Source: Octopus bimaculoides
Taxonomy: Eukaryota
Length of the DNA: 41,953 bases
Assembly: GCF_001194135.2 (NCBI RefSeq)
Contig: NC_068986.1
Span: forward strand, 80,405,663-80,447,615
Direction of reading: 5' to 3'
The notes under the pieces were generated by a model, which ran no database searches, was not told where the DNA came from, and saw only the letters and a program-made list of their open reading frames with translations. Every line of letters starts with the position of its first letter. Within the stretch, counting starts at the first letter, position 1. Position numbers and translations under genes: made by a program. Positions 21,817 to 34,249 of the stretch are shown here, in pieces.

Positions 21817-24426
21817 GACCAGACCAACAAAACTACAGTCCGAAACGTGCAACTACAACAGTAACTCAACCACGGTACTGTCAAACAGCATTCTGACAAT
21901 TGGTATCAGCCGAATTTCATTTCAACATTTAGTGACATTCGACTCAGAAATAACCAGCAAAGGTGTTAAAATAAACCCAGCTCATTTAGTGCGTGGACAT
22001 CAACTCATCACGACTATCACCAGGAAGAGCAGAACGACCAAAGGAGGAAAAAGCTGTCACACATGCAATTCTTGCCATCACAGGTAACCCGAACCTCTTC
22101 AAGCTATGACGTTGAGAACACTGTTAACTAGGCATATCCTCCGTCTTGCTCGAAATAGTTGTCAAATCTATCCTTCAACATCGAGGAAACTCTCTTCTCT
22201 TGAATGCGATTCCGGAATGAAGTTGATCTTGAATTTCTCCAAGTTTGGCATAACGGCCAGAATTTAATTTTTTTTATATCGTTTCATTCGTGTGGTTTCA
22301 ACTAATTTCTGTTCAAAAAGAATAGAGACCTCATATGTCCCTGACCTGGAACATATTGATAAAGATGGAAGTCGTCCGTTAAAGGAAAAAGTAGATGCCG
22401 TTACAAATATTCCTGTTTCTGCATTGCCAAGGAAGTTGCGTGGGCTGCTCGGTCTCATTATCTTGTTTAGAAAATTTATTCTGCACTGTACAGAAACCAT
22501 ACTTCCACTAACAAAGTCGTTACGTAAAATAAAAAATGAAACTATTTCTCTAAATCCAGAAGAATTGTAATATTTTAATGATATCAAAGAAAAGTTAACT
22601 AAAGTTGCACTATTAGCCCATCCGGTACCAGCCGCTCCTCTATTACTGATAGCAGATGCATCTGACGTTGAAAACAGCGGTGTAAAAGTTTCTTGAAGAT
22701 TTTTGGGATCTCCTTTCCTTTTTTTTCCAAGCGTTTTGAACCAGCAGAAATGAGGTACAATACTTTCGGAAGAGGATTAGTTTCCGCTTATTTATTTATG
22801 AAGCTTTTCGATGCTTCTTAGAAGGACGAACCTTCATCATATATACTGATCATAAGCCGTTGACCTATGCATAGCAATCTAAGACTGATAAAAACACTCC
22901 TAGAGACATCAGGCATCCTAATCATACCTTGCAGTTTACTGTGGATATTCGTTATATCAAGGGTGCTGATAATTTTGCAGCAGACACTTTATCCTGTGTC
23001 TTTGTCAATGCTTTGCATTTCGCCGATATTATTGACTTGGAAAGGATTGTTATGAATCAAAAGAACAAAGAACAGTTACCACAACTCCCGACATAGAGTC
23101 ATCTTCTCTTGATTTTCATCTATTATTACTGCATTCCTGTATCGTGTGATGTTTCTACTGAGTTTTCTAGACCGTACGTCCCTTAGAATCATAGACGAAA
23201 CATCTACTCCACTTTCCATAATTTATCTCATCCGAGTATTTCGGCAACAGCGAAATTAATTCCAAATCGTTTTGCTTGGTGTAGTATGCAGAATGACATT
23301 CGTAATTGTATATCCTGCCAAAAAGCCAAGATTAAGCTCCACGTCAAAACACCGTTAGGCATCTTTGCGACTCTTGACGCTCGTTTTGAGCAGATCTACG
23401 TGGATTCTCTTCTATCAGTTTAGGGTAAAATTATCTTTTGACCTATACAGGACCGTTTTTCCAGATGACCGGAAGCCATACCGATTAAAGACATTTCATC
23501 CCTTATAGTTGCAAAGGCCCCAGTGGCTGAACGGATTTCACGTTTTGGAGCACAATGATAATAACGACCGACAGAGTCCGTCAGTTTTAATTCAGTCTTC
23601 TCTGACCTGTTAGGTACGCGTCAAATTTGCACTACAGCTTACCGCTTCATGTCTAATGGAATGATAGAACATTTTCATCGATAGCTTAAAGCAGATTTAC
23701 GAGCACATTTCGATTCGGATAGATGGTTAGAAGCTCTGCTGGTTGTGTTACTAGATCTATGTACTGTTGTTAAGGAGGACCTAGGTTACTCCTCAAATGA
23801 TATTGCTAACAGCTACTCAACAATATAATCCTACCAGCCATATTCATCGGCTACGAAATTACATAGCGGAGTTAGCTCTATTAATAACGAGACCGCAGTC
23901 GATTAAAATTTTCGTTCTGCTCGATATCAATAGATGGATTCATGGATTTACAGGCAACGATGCAGTTAAACATCCCTTGCAGACAGTTTATTCCAATCGT
24001 ACCGTGTGTTAAAAGTTAAACCATAGTATATGGTTTTGGACATTCAAGGGAGACAAGAGACTGTTAGAGTTGATTGGCTGAAGCAGGTTTTCGTTGAGCC
24101 TATTCTGCTACTGCAACACTCTTCTTTTTCTTCTGTCACACCGGAACAATGTACACATTATGAGACAGCAACGCACTTCATACTGTCAAGATAAATAAAA
24201 GTGGAAGAAGATTGCATTTGGCTGGTTTGGTACACTCGCATATATTTTCATTAACATACAAACACATACGAAAAAATGTTTTCTTTTTATAGTCCCCAGC
24301 CCAACCAAGAAAATGAACTGCAGAATTTTGCATTTTCTTTGAACTTTTCGTTGTTGCCTGGATATTTTTTCAGCAATTTTTCAATTCTTAGTACGTTTCA
24401 TTCTTTTTGCTTTTGTATTTGCGTTG

Positions 24427-24486
<60 letters not shown>

Positions 24487-24600
24487 CTCTCTCTCTTTCT
24501 TTCTTTCTTTCACTCTCCCTCTCTCTCTCATTTTATGTAAATTCTCTTTTTATTAATTCGCTTTGTTTTTACATTCTGTAATGTGCTGGGAAAGAACTGC

Positions 24601-24856
24601 TGTAGCGGGGACTCGAAACCGAATCCCTGGATACGCGGCCAGATAACACAAGCAAATCATCATAATTTCACGTGATCGGTCTACTAACCGACCAATCAGC
24701 ATGAGGCGATGGTGTGGACAGGTTTTCTCAAACATTCTAGAATTTGACTTCTAGTCCCCCATAAAAGCGTTCGGCGCGCATTTTTACCAGCCGAATGATC
24801 CAGGAAGGTGGCTAAGACAGATGTTGCAAATAGATGACAGAAACCTCCGTCGCCAC
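24601..24856 (+). repeat. Gypsy 3' LTR
   Basis: TGTAGCG...CGCCACA near-perfect terminal inverted repeat. Roughly 70-75% identical to the 5' LTR by eye. Confidence 0.8.
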
Positions 24857-25369
24857 AAACATAGTACAATTGTTTTCAGTTATGCTGCGGACGCTGCATG
24901 TTGCCGTATCAATAGCTTGTCGTAAACTCCAACCAGTATCCCGTTCCCAGTATGTAATTATTGCTGTTGCTATTTGTAAAAGGCCAACGCAGTTTGTTTT
25001 TATGTGCGATAATAAAATATGTTAAATGTTTGCGGGTGTTGTTCTTTTACTTCTACATGCAGCCCAAGAAACATATTTTCATTCACCAACTCAACCAGTC
25101 ACCACCACAGATTAGCTCAAGAACCTTCAGGCCACGGCACCTAGAAATATGCGCATATTTGTACATCATAAGTACACGTATATTCATAAACTATTTGTAG
25201 GACAATAGCTGTGTATATACGTTTTTACATAAGTATTGCACAACTAACAATTTTTAAAAGCAATATCAAATTTCTTAGAGGGGACATTGTTATTAATTAT
25301 TTGTACCAATGAGCTTCACCTTAACAATAATTCACTAGAAGATTTGCTATTAGACACCTAGCAATCTTT

Positions 25370-25635
25370 TTAGACAGGCTTCACCTTTCCTTTTTGTTTG
25401 TTACTTCTACAAATTCAAAACTTCCTTCCCTTCACCTCTGTCTTAATGTTTATGTTTACTATTTCACTTCATAATGTCTCCCCTGTACCAAATTACTCTA
25501 TAAAGAAAAGTTCATTTCATCAAATACCTTTCCAGATGTTAGTATCGTTGAAACTTACAAATAAACAGACCAGTTGTAATTAATATTTTAACTGCACAAG
25601 CAATATTGAATCTTTTATTTTGTTTAACGTAATTA

Positions 25636-25670
<35 letters not shown>

Positions 25671-26595
25671 NNNNNNNNNNNNNNNNNNNNNNNNNNNNNN
25701 NNNNNNNNNNNNNNNNNNNNNNNNNNNNNNNNNNNNNNNNNNNNNNNNNNNNNNNNNNNNNNNNNNNNNNNNNNNNNNNNNNNNNNNNNNNNNNNNNNNN
25801 NNNNNNNNNNNNNNNNNNNNNNNNNNNNNNNNNNNNNNNNNNNNNNNNNNNNNNNNNNNNNNNNNNNNNNNNNNNNNNNNNNNNNNNNNNNNNNNNNNNN
25901 NNNNNNNNNNNNNNNNNNNNNNNNNNNNNNNNNNNNNNNNNNNNNNNNNNNNNNNNNNNNNNNNNNNNNNNNNNNNNNNNNNNNNNNNNNNNNNNNNNNN
26001 NNNNNNNNNNNNNNNNNNNNNNNNNNNNNNNNNNNNNNNNNNNNNNNNNNNNNNNNNNNNNNNNNNNNNNNNNNNNNNNNNNNNNNNNNNNNNNNNNNNN
26101 NNNNNNNNNNNNNNNNNNNNNNNNNNNNNNNNNNNNNNNNNNNNNNNNNNNNNNNNNNNNNNNNNNNNNNNNNNNNNNNNNNNNNNNNNNNNNNNNNNNN
26201 NNNNNNNNNNNNNNNNNNNNNNNNNNNNNNNNNNNNNNNNNNNNNNNNNNNNNNNNNNNNNNNNNNNNNNNNNNNNNNNNNNNNNNNNNNNNNNNNNNNN
26301 NNNNNNNTTAGACAGGCTTCACCTTTCCTTTTTGTTTGTTACTTCTACAAATTCAAAACTTCCTTCCCTTCACCTCTGTCTTAATGTTTATGTTTACTAT
26401 TTCACTTCATAATGTCTCCCCTGTACCAAATTACTCTATAAAGAAAAGTTCATTTCATCAAATACCTTTCCAGATGTTAGTATCGTTGAAACTTACAAAT
26501 AAACAGACCAGTTGTAATTAATATTTTAACTGCACAAGCAATATTGAATCTTTTATTTTGTTTAACGTAATTAAGCACACACACACACACACACA
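25370..26595 (+). repeat. Identical ~290-bp direct duplication flanking the gap 25671-26307 (probable assembly artefact)
   Basis: 25370-~25660 equals 26308-~26595 at offset 938. The ORF track shows identical peptides at 25398 and 26336. Confidence 0.85.
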
Positions 26596-27362
26596 AACAC
26601 ACATATTTGAAAATCTATGAGAACTACTTAATACAGTTTTTGAAGTGTAAAGGTGATTTTTCTAAAAAAAAATTATTCTTTTAAAAGATGTTATGAAATC
26701 TGTTATGAGGATGTTGCTAACCTTTTTATGGACGAAGTTTTTCCTAGTGTGTGGCGCGTCTACCCATACATTTCTACTTGCCTTTCTTCTCTTTTAATTC
26801 TACCTTAAGCGCGTTCGTATATTTGCATACTTTTTTTCAACCTTGGGACAGAACTTTCCGTACCCATCAACATAAACTTTCTCACTCATAACGCCCGTAT
26901 ATTTTGAAAATGCAACTTTCCTAAATAATGAGCGTTGCATATTCAAGGCTCTGATGAAGTTATAGGATGTTATCCTGGCACCCATTTAAGAGTCCAGCAC
27001 ATCTTATAGTAGAAACAGCTGTTTTTTTCCAGTGTCATCTCTTTATTTTCCTCTGTCATTCTCCTCTCTCTCTCTACACACACACACACACACACATATA
27101 TGTATATATATATACATATACATAATCAATTTAAAATAAAGCAGAATTAATTTCCAGATTCGTGACTTGTGAGGTTTGACTTCATCTCCTTATGCTTTAA
27201 TTTCAAATCCGCTCCCAGGTTGATTAAAATAAGAACCAATAACAAGGTTGATGTAATCAACCATGATTCCCACTTCTTTATAAAGTTAAATCAATAATGC
27301 CTTGTAAGAAATCGATATTAAAAGGAAGTTATCTAAGTTTCAAGTATCATTTTCTCTTTCAG

Positions 27363-27494
27363 TTTGCCCATGTTCAAGTGATCGTTACTGCCATTACGGA
27401 CGCTTTCCCCGAAAAATTTGGTAACAATCAGACTTTTATAACTGGGATTGTCTGTTTGCTTAGTTTTATTTTCGGAATTACCTGTGTAACGGAG
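27363..27494 (+). CDS. SLC6 exon (end of TM8 + TM9)
   Basis: tttcAG|TTT...GAG|GTAAGA. 132 nt. FAHVQVIVTAITDAFPEKFGNNQTFITGIVCLLSFIFGITCVTE. Confidence 0.96.
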
Positions 27495-27699
27495 GTAAGA
27501 GACGTCGGTAGATTTAATAAGGGAGGTAACTGGATTAAATAACAACTCTTATCTCACGTTTATTGTTACATATTGCAGCTGGTTAAACTCTCTTTCAAAT
27601 ATCAGTAGCATTTTGATAAATTTGTATTTCAGTTCTTGGAAGATCTCATATTATTCCATACACCGTCTTGCATACAAACACCTCAAATGTGAAAGTACG

Positions 27700-28030
27700 G
27701 TCATTTCAGATCAACAAAGACGTCGTTTCTGATGGAAACTTTTTCATTACTTTCAAACATTGCACCCCAGAGCTAGCTCCTTTGCTCATAAAACTCTTCA
27801 ATCTGTCCCAATTTACAGAGAACTACCTTAGTTTTAGGTAACACACCACTATGTGTCCCATCCCTAAGACAAACTTTCTGCCAAATATCAACCTGTTAGA
27901 ATCAGTCTCTCCTAATATCTCTAAAATTATAGACAGACTACGATGTCTTTAATACCTCGAATCTTAAGTTCTGTCACTTTCTCCTTTATGACAACCACTA
28001 TGGTTTTCATAAAGCTCGATCCCTTGATAA
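27700..28030 (+). mobile_element. Decayed LINE RT fragment (Jockey/CR1 group)
   Basis: KHCTPELAPLLIKLFNLS...PIPK...GFHKARS, the N-terminal RT subdomains. Further weak RT C-terminal remnants lie near 29060-29290. Confidence 0.55.
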
Positions 28031-29988
28031 CGGGCTCACGTCTGTCAGCTACCTATTGACTCTTATCCTGGATGAATTAGGAATATTGTCGCCCTCGGCA
28101 TTAGTAAAACTTGCCACTGTGTCTGGCATCCAAATCTTGTATCGAAACGACCTATCTGTTGAGCCTATCCACCATTTTCAGAGCCTTCTAGGCTTGTACA
28201 AAAAAGTAGGGAAGAAGTTATTGTCAGATCTGAGACTGATTTGAAGGTTTGTAGTGTAGTTAAGCCGAGGCGACAGATTAAATTCTTTTCCTCATAGATT
28301 CCATTTCCAAAATTTCATTGGCAAGTCTTTGATCGATCTGAGACCGTGGAAAAAATAGTTGTTCAAGGTGTTGCCCAATGTTATGGAAACCAAAAATTCA
28401 CGTTTGGAAAGCGAATTAACACATAACTCTCCTATGTACGATATGTTTTTTTATATGACTGTCTCTCTCAATTTTCTAGCTCTTTCTATAAATATTAAGT
28501 TATTTTACAAACAAAAAATGCTTATACCTTTTCAAAGAAAGCTGTAAGTAAAAAATATTTTCTTGGCTCAGACAATAAAGTATTAAAGATAGATTTCCTA
28601 AGATTTTTGATATCTTTCAGCTAGCTTGGTCAACTTAGATAGTGACTGAGATTGTTGGAAAGAAATCAACTCCGGAAGTGGCATTTATTTATTTAGCTAT
28701 TCACTCATTTCACTCGGATCAAAGTAATAACCCACTTCTGACTCTTTAAGTTCAGAGTAAAAATCCCGCCGAGGGTAGCTTTGCTTTTCATCCCTACGAT
28801 GTTGATAAAATAAAGTAGCAGTCAAGTACTGGGGTCGATCTAATCAACCTTCCCTTCCGCTCAAAATTACTGCCCTTGAGCCCTGCAACGGATCGATGTC
28901 CAGTTCAGAGGGATCGTTGTGGTTCCGATCATACTATAACATCATGGAAACACTACATCTGGCCTTATGGGTCTCAGGGCTCGACAAAAAATAAAATTAA
29001 AACACATGAACAAAAAATCAAATCAAATCGTCAATGTCAATAAAAAGGATAGGCCTCACCGTTCTTGGCGAATACATATCCTTAAAATAATAGATACTGC
29101 ATCACAAAGACTGGCTTTCCTCTTCAGAACTAGAAATTACTCCATCTGTGCAAAAGCTATAAATCAGTCTCATTCCCCTCCGGCACTTCAGAAACAGTAG
29201 TCTTCCCAAGTGGTGCCCATATTGTGACTGTCCAATCTAGCCTACTCTACGCCTAATCCTTCTTTTAACGAACAAATATCGATTCCTGAATGAGATATGC
29301 CTATGTAGTTAAAAGATTTGCTTCAAATCTACTTAGTTTGATTTCAACCCTACGCTTTGGGTGTCTTCTACCATTGTGTCTGGTCGATTTAAGTAATGCG
29401 ATTAAAATTTGATAGACAGAATTTCTGCAGTAGCTGTACTCTTCGTTATCCTCTGAGACTCTGTAAACGGTCACCTAAGTTATGTCAAAAGAAAATGTAG
29501 GACGAACTCAAGATGGATATTTTGTTATACTGCTATACTATTGGTAGTAAATTGGCAAGGACAGGTAGATAGAATGCTTCGTGGTGTTTGTTGTGACTTT
29601 CTACATTTTCAAATCAAATCCTAAACTGTCATGCTTGTTTACAGTCATTTATTTCTTACGTTCTGAGTTTGAAAGAATTGGAAAGGTGCATCATATATGA
29701 ATCATGGATGCCAGGGAAAATATGACCTGTGCATCACGTATGATACACAGGGGAGGCAAAATGTTAAACAGAATCCACTCTTTTCTCTATCCGAGCAGAT
29801 CTCCTGTTTGCGGAAGGTGGCCCTGCGAAAAGGTATGGGCTCTACATTCCCTCTTGAGTAAAAATTTAAAAAAAAGTCTATATATTTCGACTGTGTTGCT
29901 AATGTTTGCTAATAGGTGAAATGTTGTTAAATATGTGGGTCACTAGGGTTATTATGAGTGTTACTAATGTGTTGATATATATTTCTAG

Positions 29989-30088
29989 GGAGGACTCTAC
30001 GTCTTACAAATAATAGACTGGTACTGTGCTAGTCTTTCTCTTCTGTTGATATTGTTTGCAGAAATGATTGGAATTATCTGGATTTATG
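29989..30088 (+). CDS. SLC6 exon (TM10)
   Basis: ctAG|GGA...G|GTAAGA. 100 nt. GGLYVLQIIDWYCASLSLLLILFAEMIGIIWIY(G). Confidence 0.97.
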
Positions 30089-31431
30089 GTAAGATTACTC
30101 TCCTCCTCCATCATCATCATCACCGTCATCGTCGTCGTCCTCCTCCTCNNNNNNNNNNNNNNNNNNNNNNNNNNNNNNNNNNNNNNNNNNNNNNNNNNNN
30201 NNNNNNNNNNNNNNNNNNNNNNNNNNNNNNNNNNNNNNNNNNNNNNNNNNNNNNNNNNNNNNNNNNNNNNNNNNNNNNNNNNNNNNNNNNNNNNNNNNNN
30301 NNNNNNNNNNNNNNNNNNNNNNNNNNNNNNNNNNNNNNNNNNNNNNNNNNNNNNNNNNNNNNNNNNNNNNNNNNNNNNNNNNNNNNNNNNNNNNNNNNNN
30401 NNNNNNNNNNNNNNNNNNNNNNNNNNNNNNNNNNNNNNNNNNNNNNNNNNNNNNNNNNNNNNNNNNNNNNNNNNNNNNNNNNNNNNNNNNNNNNNNNNNN
30501 NNNNNNNNNNNNNNNNNNNNNNNNNNNNNNNNNNNNNNNNNNNNNNNNNNNNNNNNNNNNNNNNNNNNNNNNNNNNNNNNNNNNNNNNNNNNNNNNNNNN
30601 NNNNNNNNNNNNNNNNNNNNNNNNNNNNNNNNNNNNNNNNNNNNNNNNNNNNNNNNNNNNNNNNNNNNNNNNNNNNNNNNNNNNNNNNNNNNNNNNNNNN
30701 NNNNNNNNNNNNNNNNNNNNNNNNNNNNNNNNNNNNNNNNNNNNNNNNNNNNNNNNNNNNNNNNNNNNNNNNNNNNNNNNNNNNNNNNNNNNNNNNNNNN
30801 NNNNNNNNNNNNNNNNNNNNNNNNNNNNNNNNNNNNNNNNNNNNNNNNNNNNNNNNNNNNNNNNNNNNNNNNNNNNNNNNNNNNNNNNNNNNNNNNNNNN
30901 NNNNNNNNNNNNNNNNNNNNNNNNNNNNNNNNNNNNNNNNNNNNNNNNNNNNNNNNNNNNNNNNNNNNNNNNNNNNNNNNNNNNNNNNNNNNNNNNNNNN
31001 NNNNNNNNNNNNNNNNNNNNNNNNNNNNNNNNNNNNNNNNNNNNNNNNNNNNNNNNNNNNNNNNNNNNNNNNNNNNNNNNNNNNNNNNNNNNNNNNNNNN
31101 NNNNNNNNNNNNNNNNNNNNNNNNNNNNNNNNNNNNNNNNNNNNNNGGGGGGGGGATGAAATAATTTATTGCTGTATTGAGACTTAAGATATTTCACTAT
31201 GTAATGTATAATTTCTTTATATTCGATTTACTATATCCCTCAATGAAACTATCGCAAAATTTTACCAGGAATTAAGACAGAATTATACAAAAGGCAAAGT
31301 TTAAATCTGCTTTATAGACAGAAATTGCTCAGTATTGGGGCATTGAATAGAAATCTTTAGTTGTGAGAGGAATTTAGGCATAACTGGTTTAGCAAGATAT
31401 TTCTATCATGAATATAAACAGACATTAAGAC

Positions 31432-31640
31432 GGTGAGTTGGTAGAATCGTTAGCAGCTGGGCAAAATGCTTCGCGGCGTTTCATCCGTCTTTACATTCTG
31501 AGTTCAAATTCCGCCGAGGTCGTCTTTGCATTTCATTCTTCGGGTCGATAAATCAAGTACCACTTGAACAATGTAGTCGATGTAATCGGCCTGCCGTTGC
31601 CCCGAACTTGCAGGCCTTGTGCCAAAATTTGAAACCAACA
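31432..31640 (+). mobile_element. SINE family A, near full length
   Basis: GGTGAGTTGGTAGAATCGTTAGC A-box and GAGTTCAAATTCC B-box, with a body shared with the other copies. Confidence 0.85.
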
Positions 31641-31736
31641 TTAATAGACAATGTATTATAAGAGAACCATATATATATAGTTGGATTAGTAATATAATTC
31701 TACAATGGACATTAATAAGTTTTTTTTGTCTTGTAG

Positions 31737-31837
31737 GAGCGAAAAGACTAGAAAACGATATCAGCCTAATGTTAGGTCGAAGACCTTGGCCAATTTGGAA
31801 ACCTTTCTGGGTTATCATCGGTCCGTTGTGTATACTA
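31737..31837 (+). CDS. SLC6 exon (IL5 + TM11)
   Basis: gtAG|GA...CTA|GTAAGT. 101 nt. (G)AKRLENDISLMLGRRPWPIWKPFWVIIGPLCIL. Confidence 0.96.
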
Positions 31838-32086
31838 GTAAGTTTTCTATTAATCACATCTGTTTTAAATCCCTATTCTATATATAAATTATATCTCTTT
31901 TGTATATAGTTTCCAGATCAATCTAGTTTAGCCTCCGAACACAGTCCACCTTTGGTATTAGTGTTAAATTTAGTTTTAGAGTGGTGCACGTGATAAGTGA
32001 TCCGAGTGGTTGTGCACTTGTGTATCTGTATGGTGATACATGATTATAACAATAAGACGTAATATTGCATTATATTTGTATTACAG

Positions 32087-32117
32087 GGTCTCTGGGTATT
32101 GAGCATAATATCCTTCA
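32087..32117 (+). CDS. SLC6 exon (end of TM11 toward TM12), 5' part only, truncated by an N-gap
   Basis: tttgtattacAG|GGT CTC TGG GTA TTG AGC ATA ATA TCC TTC A then Ns. GLWVLSIISF fits the phase-0 continuation expected after GPLCIL. Confidence 0.75.
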
Positions 32118-33390
32118 NNNNNNNNNNNNNNNNNNNNNNNNNNNNNNNNNNNNNNNNNNNNNNNNNNNNNNNNNNNNNNNNNNNNNNNNNNNNNNNNNNN
32201 NNNNNNNNNNNNNNNNNNNNNNNNNNNNNNNNNNNNNNNNNNNNNNNNNNNNNNNNNNNNNNNNNNNNNNNNNNNNNNNNNNNNNNNNNNNNNNNNNNNN
32301 NNNNNNNNNNNNNNNNNNNNNNNNNNNNNNNNNNNNNNNNNNNNNNNNNNNNNNNNNNNNNNNNNNNNNNNNNNNNNNNNNNNNNNNNNNNNNNNNNNNN
32401 NNNNNNNNNNNNNNNNNNNNNNNNNNNNNNNNNNNNNNNNNNNNNNNNNNNNNNNNNNNNNNNNNNNNNNNNNNNNNNNNNNNNNNNNNNNNNNNNNNNN
32501 NNNNNNNNNNNNNNNNNNNNNNNNNNNNNNNNNNNNNNNNNNNNNNNNNNNNNNNNNNNNNNNNNNNNNNNNNNNNNNNNNNNNNNNNNNNNNNNNNNNN
32601 NNNNNNNNNNNNNNNNNNNNNNNNNNNNNNNNNNNNNNNNNNNNNNNNNNNNNNNNNNNNNNNNNNNNNNNNNNNNNNNNNNNNNNNNNNNNNNNNNNNN
32701 NNNNNNNNNNNNNNNNNNNNNNNNNNNNNNNNNNNNNNNNNNNNNNNNNNNNNNNNNNNNNNNNNNNNNNNNNNNNNNNNNNNNNNNNNNNNNNNNNNNN
32801 NNNNNNNNNNNNNNNNNNNNNNNNNNNNNNNNNNNNNNNNNNNNNNNNNNNNNNNNNNNNNNNNNNNNNNNNNNNNNNNNNNNNNNNNNNNNNTATATAT
32901 ATATATATCTGATAGTAATAATAATAAAAATAACTACAGAAAGAATAATAATAATTATAACCATAACTTTACGTTCTACAATAATACCAAGGACAATTTC
33001 TACACCAAAAATAATAATATCAAAAATAAACGAAATAAGGATAACATCTGCTTAATAATCCCTTTCGCGATGCAGCTTAAAACAAGCATAGTTCATTCAA
33101 TAATGAGATATAGATAAGCAATTGAACTTAAATAACAAATACTCAGAAATCTTTAAAGAATAAAAATTAGAGTAGGCAACAGCTTAACTAGCAACCTAGC
33201 TACTATCATTGCCTCTATCGACAATAAAAAGCTAGATGCCTTCTATGAAACTAGAAGAATAGCAACATAAAACAGCAACCAATCGACAGATATAATAAAT
33301 GTCATCCCTAATCACTCGCCCTCAAATAACGCGCGCAACTATTTTATAAATAATAATCCCCCTCAACATTACATAGGCACAGACAAGCTT

Positions 33391-33642
33391 AATAATCTAT
33401 GTGGCTGCAGAGATGAAAACAATTGTGAATTCTCGATTATGTGTAAAACTAAAAACGTAATCTACTAATGCGATGTACTCGCAAATAATTACAAGAAGTC
33501 TTATATTGGAGCAACTAAAAATGAAATGATACTTATATATAACTCCCATCACTCTAGTTTCAGAAACAGAAGTAAAGCGAACTCTACCAGACTTAGAAGT
33601 TATATTTGGAAATTGAAAGACAATAAAATTAACTATACATAT
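33391..33642 (+). mobile_element. Penelope-like GIY-YIG endonuclease fragment
   Basis: LCGCRDENNCEFSIMCKTKNVIY*CDV...KSYIGATKNE...YNSHHSSFRN...STRLRSYIWKLKDNKINY, one in-frame stop. Truncated at a SINE. Confidence 0.8.
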
Positions 33643-33654
33643 CTTTTTATTCTC

Positions 33655-34052
33655 TTACTTGTTTCAATAATTTGACTGCAGCCAAACTGGAGCACCGCCT
33701 CGAAGGGTTTTAGACGAGCAAATCGACCCCAGGACTTATTTTTTAAGCCTAGTACTTATTCTATAGTTCCCTTTTACGGGACTGCTAAGTTACGGGGACG
33801 TAAACACACTAACACCGGTTGTCAAGCGGGGATAGGGGATCAAACACAGACACAAAGACACACACACATAGATACATATACATATATACACAACGGGCTT
33901 CTTTCAGGTTCCGTCTACCAATTCCACTCAACAGGCTTTGGTCGGCCCGAGGCTAAAGTAGAAGACACCTACCCAAGGTGCCACGCAGTGAGACTGAACC
34001 CGGAACCATGTGATTAGGATGCAAGCTTCTTATCACACAACCATGCCTGCGC
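33655..34052 (-). mobile_element. SINE family B, near full length
   Basis: Reverse complement of the GGCGCAGGCATGGTTGTGTG...GGTTCAGTC head and shared 3' body. Other copies at ~2335-2500(+), 5235-5415(+), 12690-12755(-), 38860-39060(+), 40845-41245(-). Confidence 0.85.
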
Positions 34053-34249
34053 CAATATATATATATAATAAAATAACATGACTAACTTCGCGCGAATCTT
34101 AAACAGAGGCACCAACAAGAACCTGCTTCAAATGAATTCCGTTGTGGCTATTGTGGGCTCGTAGGATGCAGCAAGGCAGGACTCACTTCCCACAGAAAAC
34201 AAACCTACTCAAGATCGTCAGTCAGCATCGTGAAACGTGTCTTGCATCA

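Larger units (their letters stand above)
21579..24856 (+). mobile_element. Decayed, internally deleted Gypsy/Ty3 LTR retrotransposon
   Basis: RT-connection (KLRGLLGL..FRKFI), RNase H (IADASD, FIIYTDHKPL, YIKGADNFAADTLS), integrase HHCC (FHNLSHP...CISCQKAK), core (TTAY..SNGMIEHFHR) and C-terminal (VRVDWLK) motifs in Gypsy order, between two LTRs. Confidence 0.9.

Noticed and set aside
26800-26985. 61-aa minus-strand ORF
   Set aside because: No recognisable domain or splice signals.
31432-31520. tRNA-like A/B boxes in SINE heads
   Set aside because: No cloverleaf or anticodon arm, and they continue into shared SINE bodies, so not tRNA genes.
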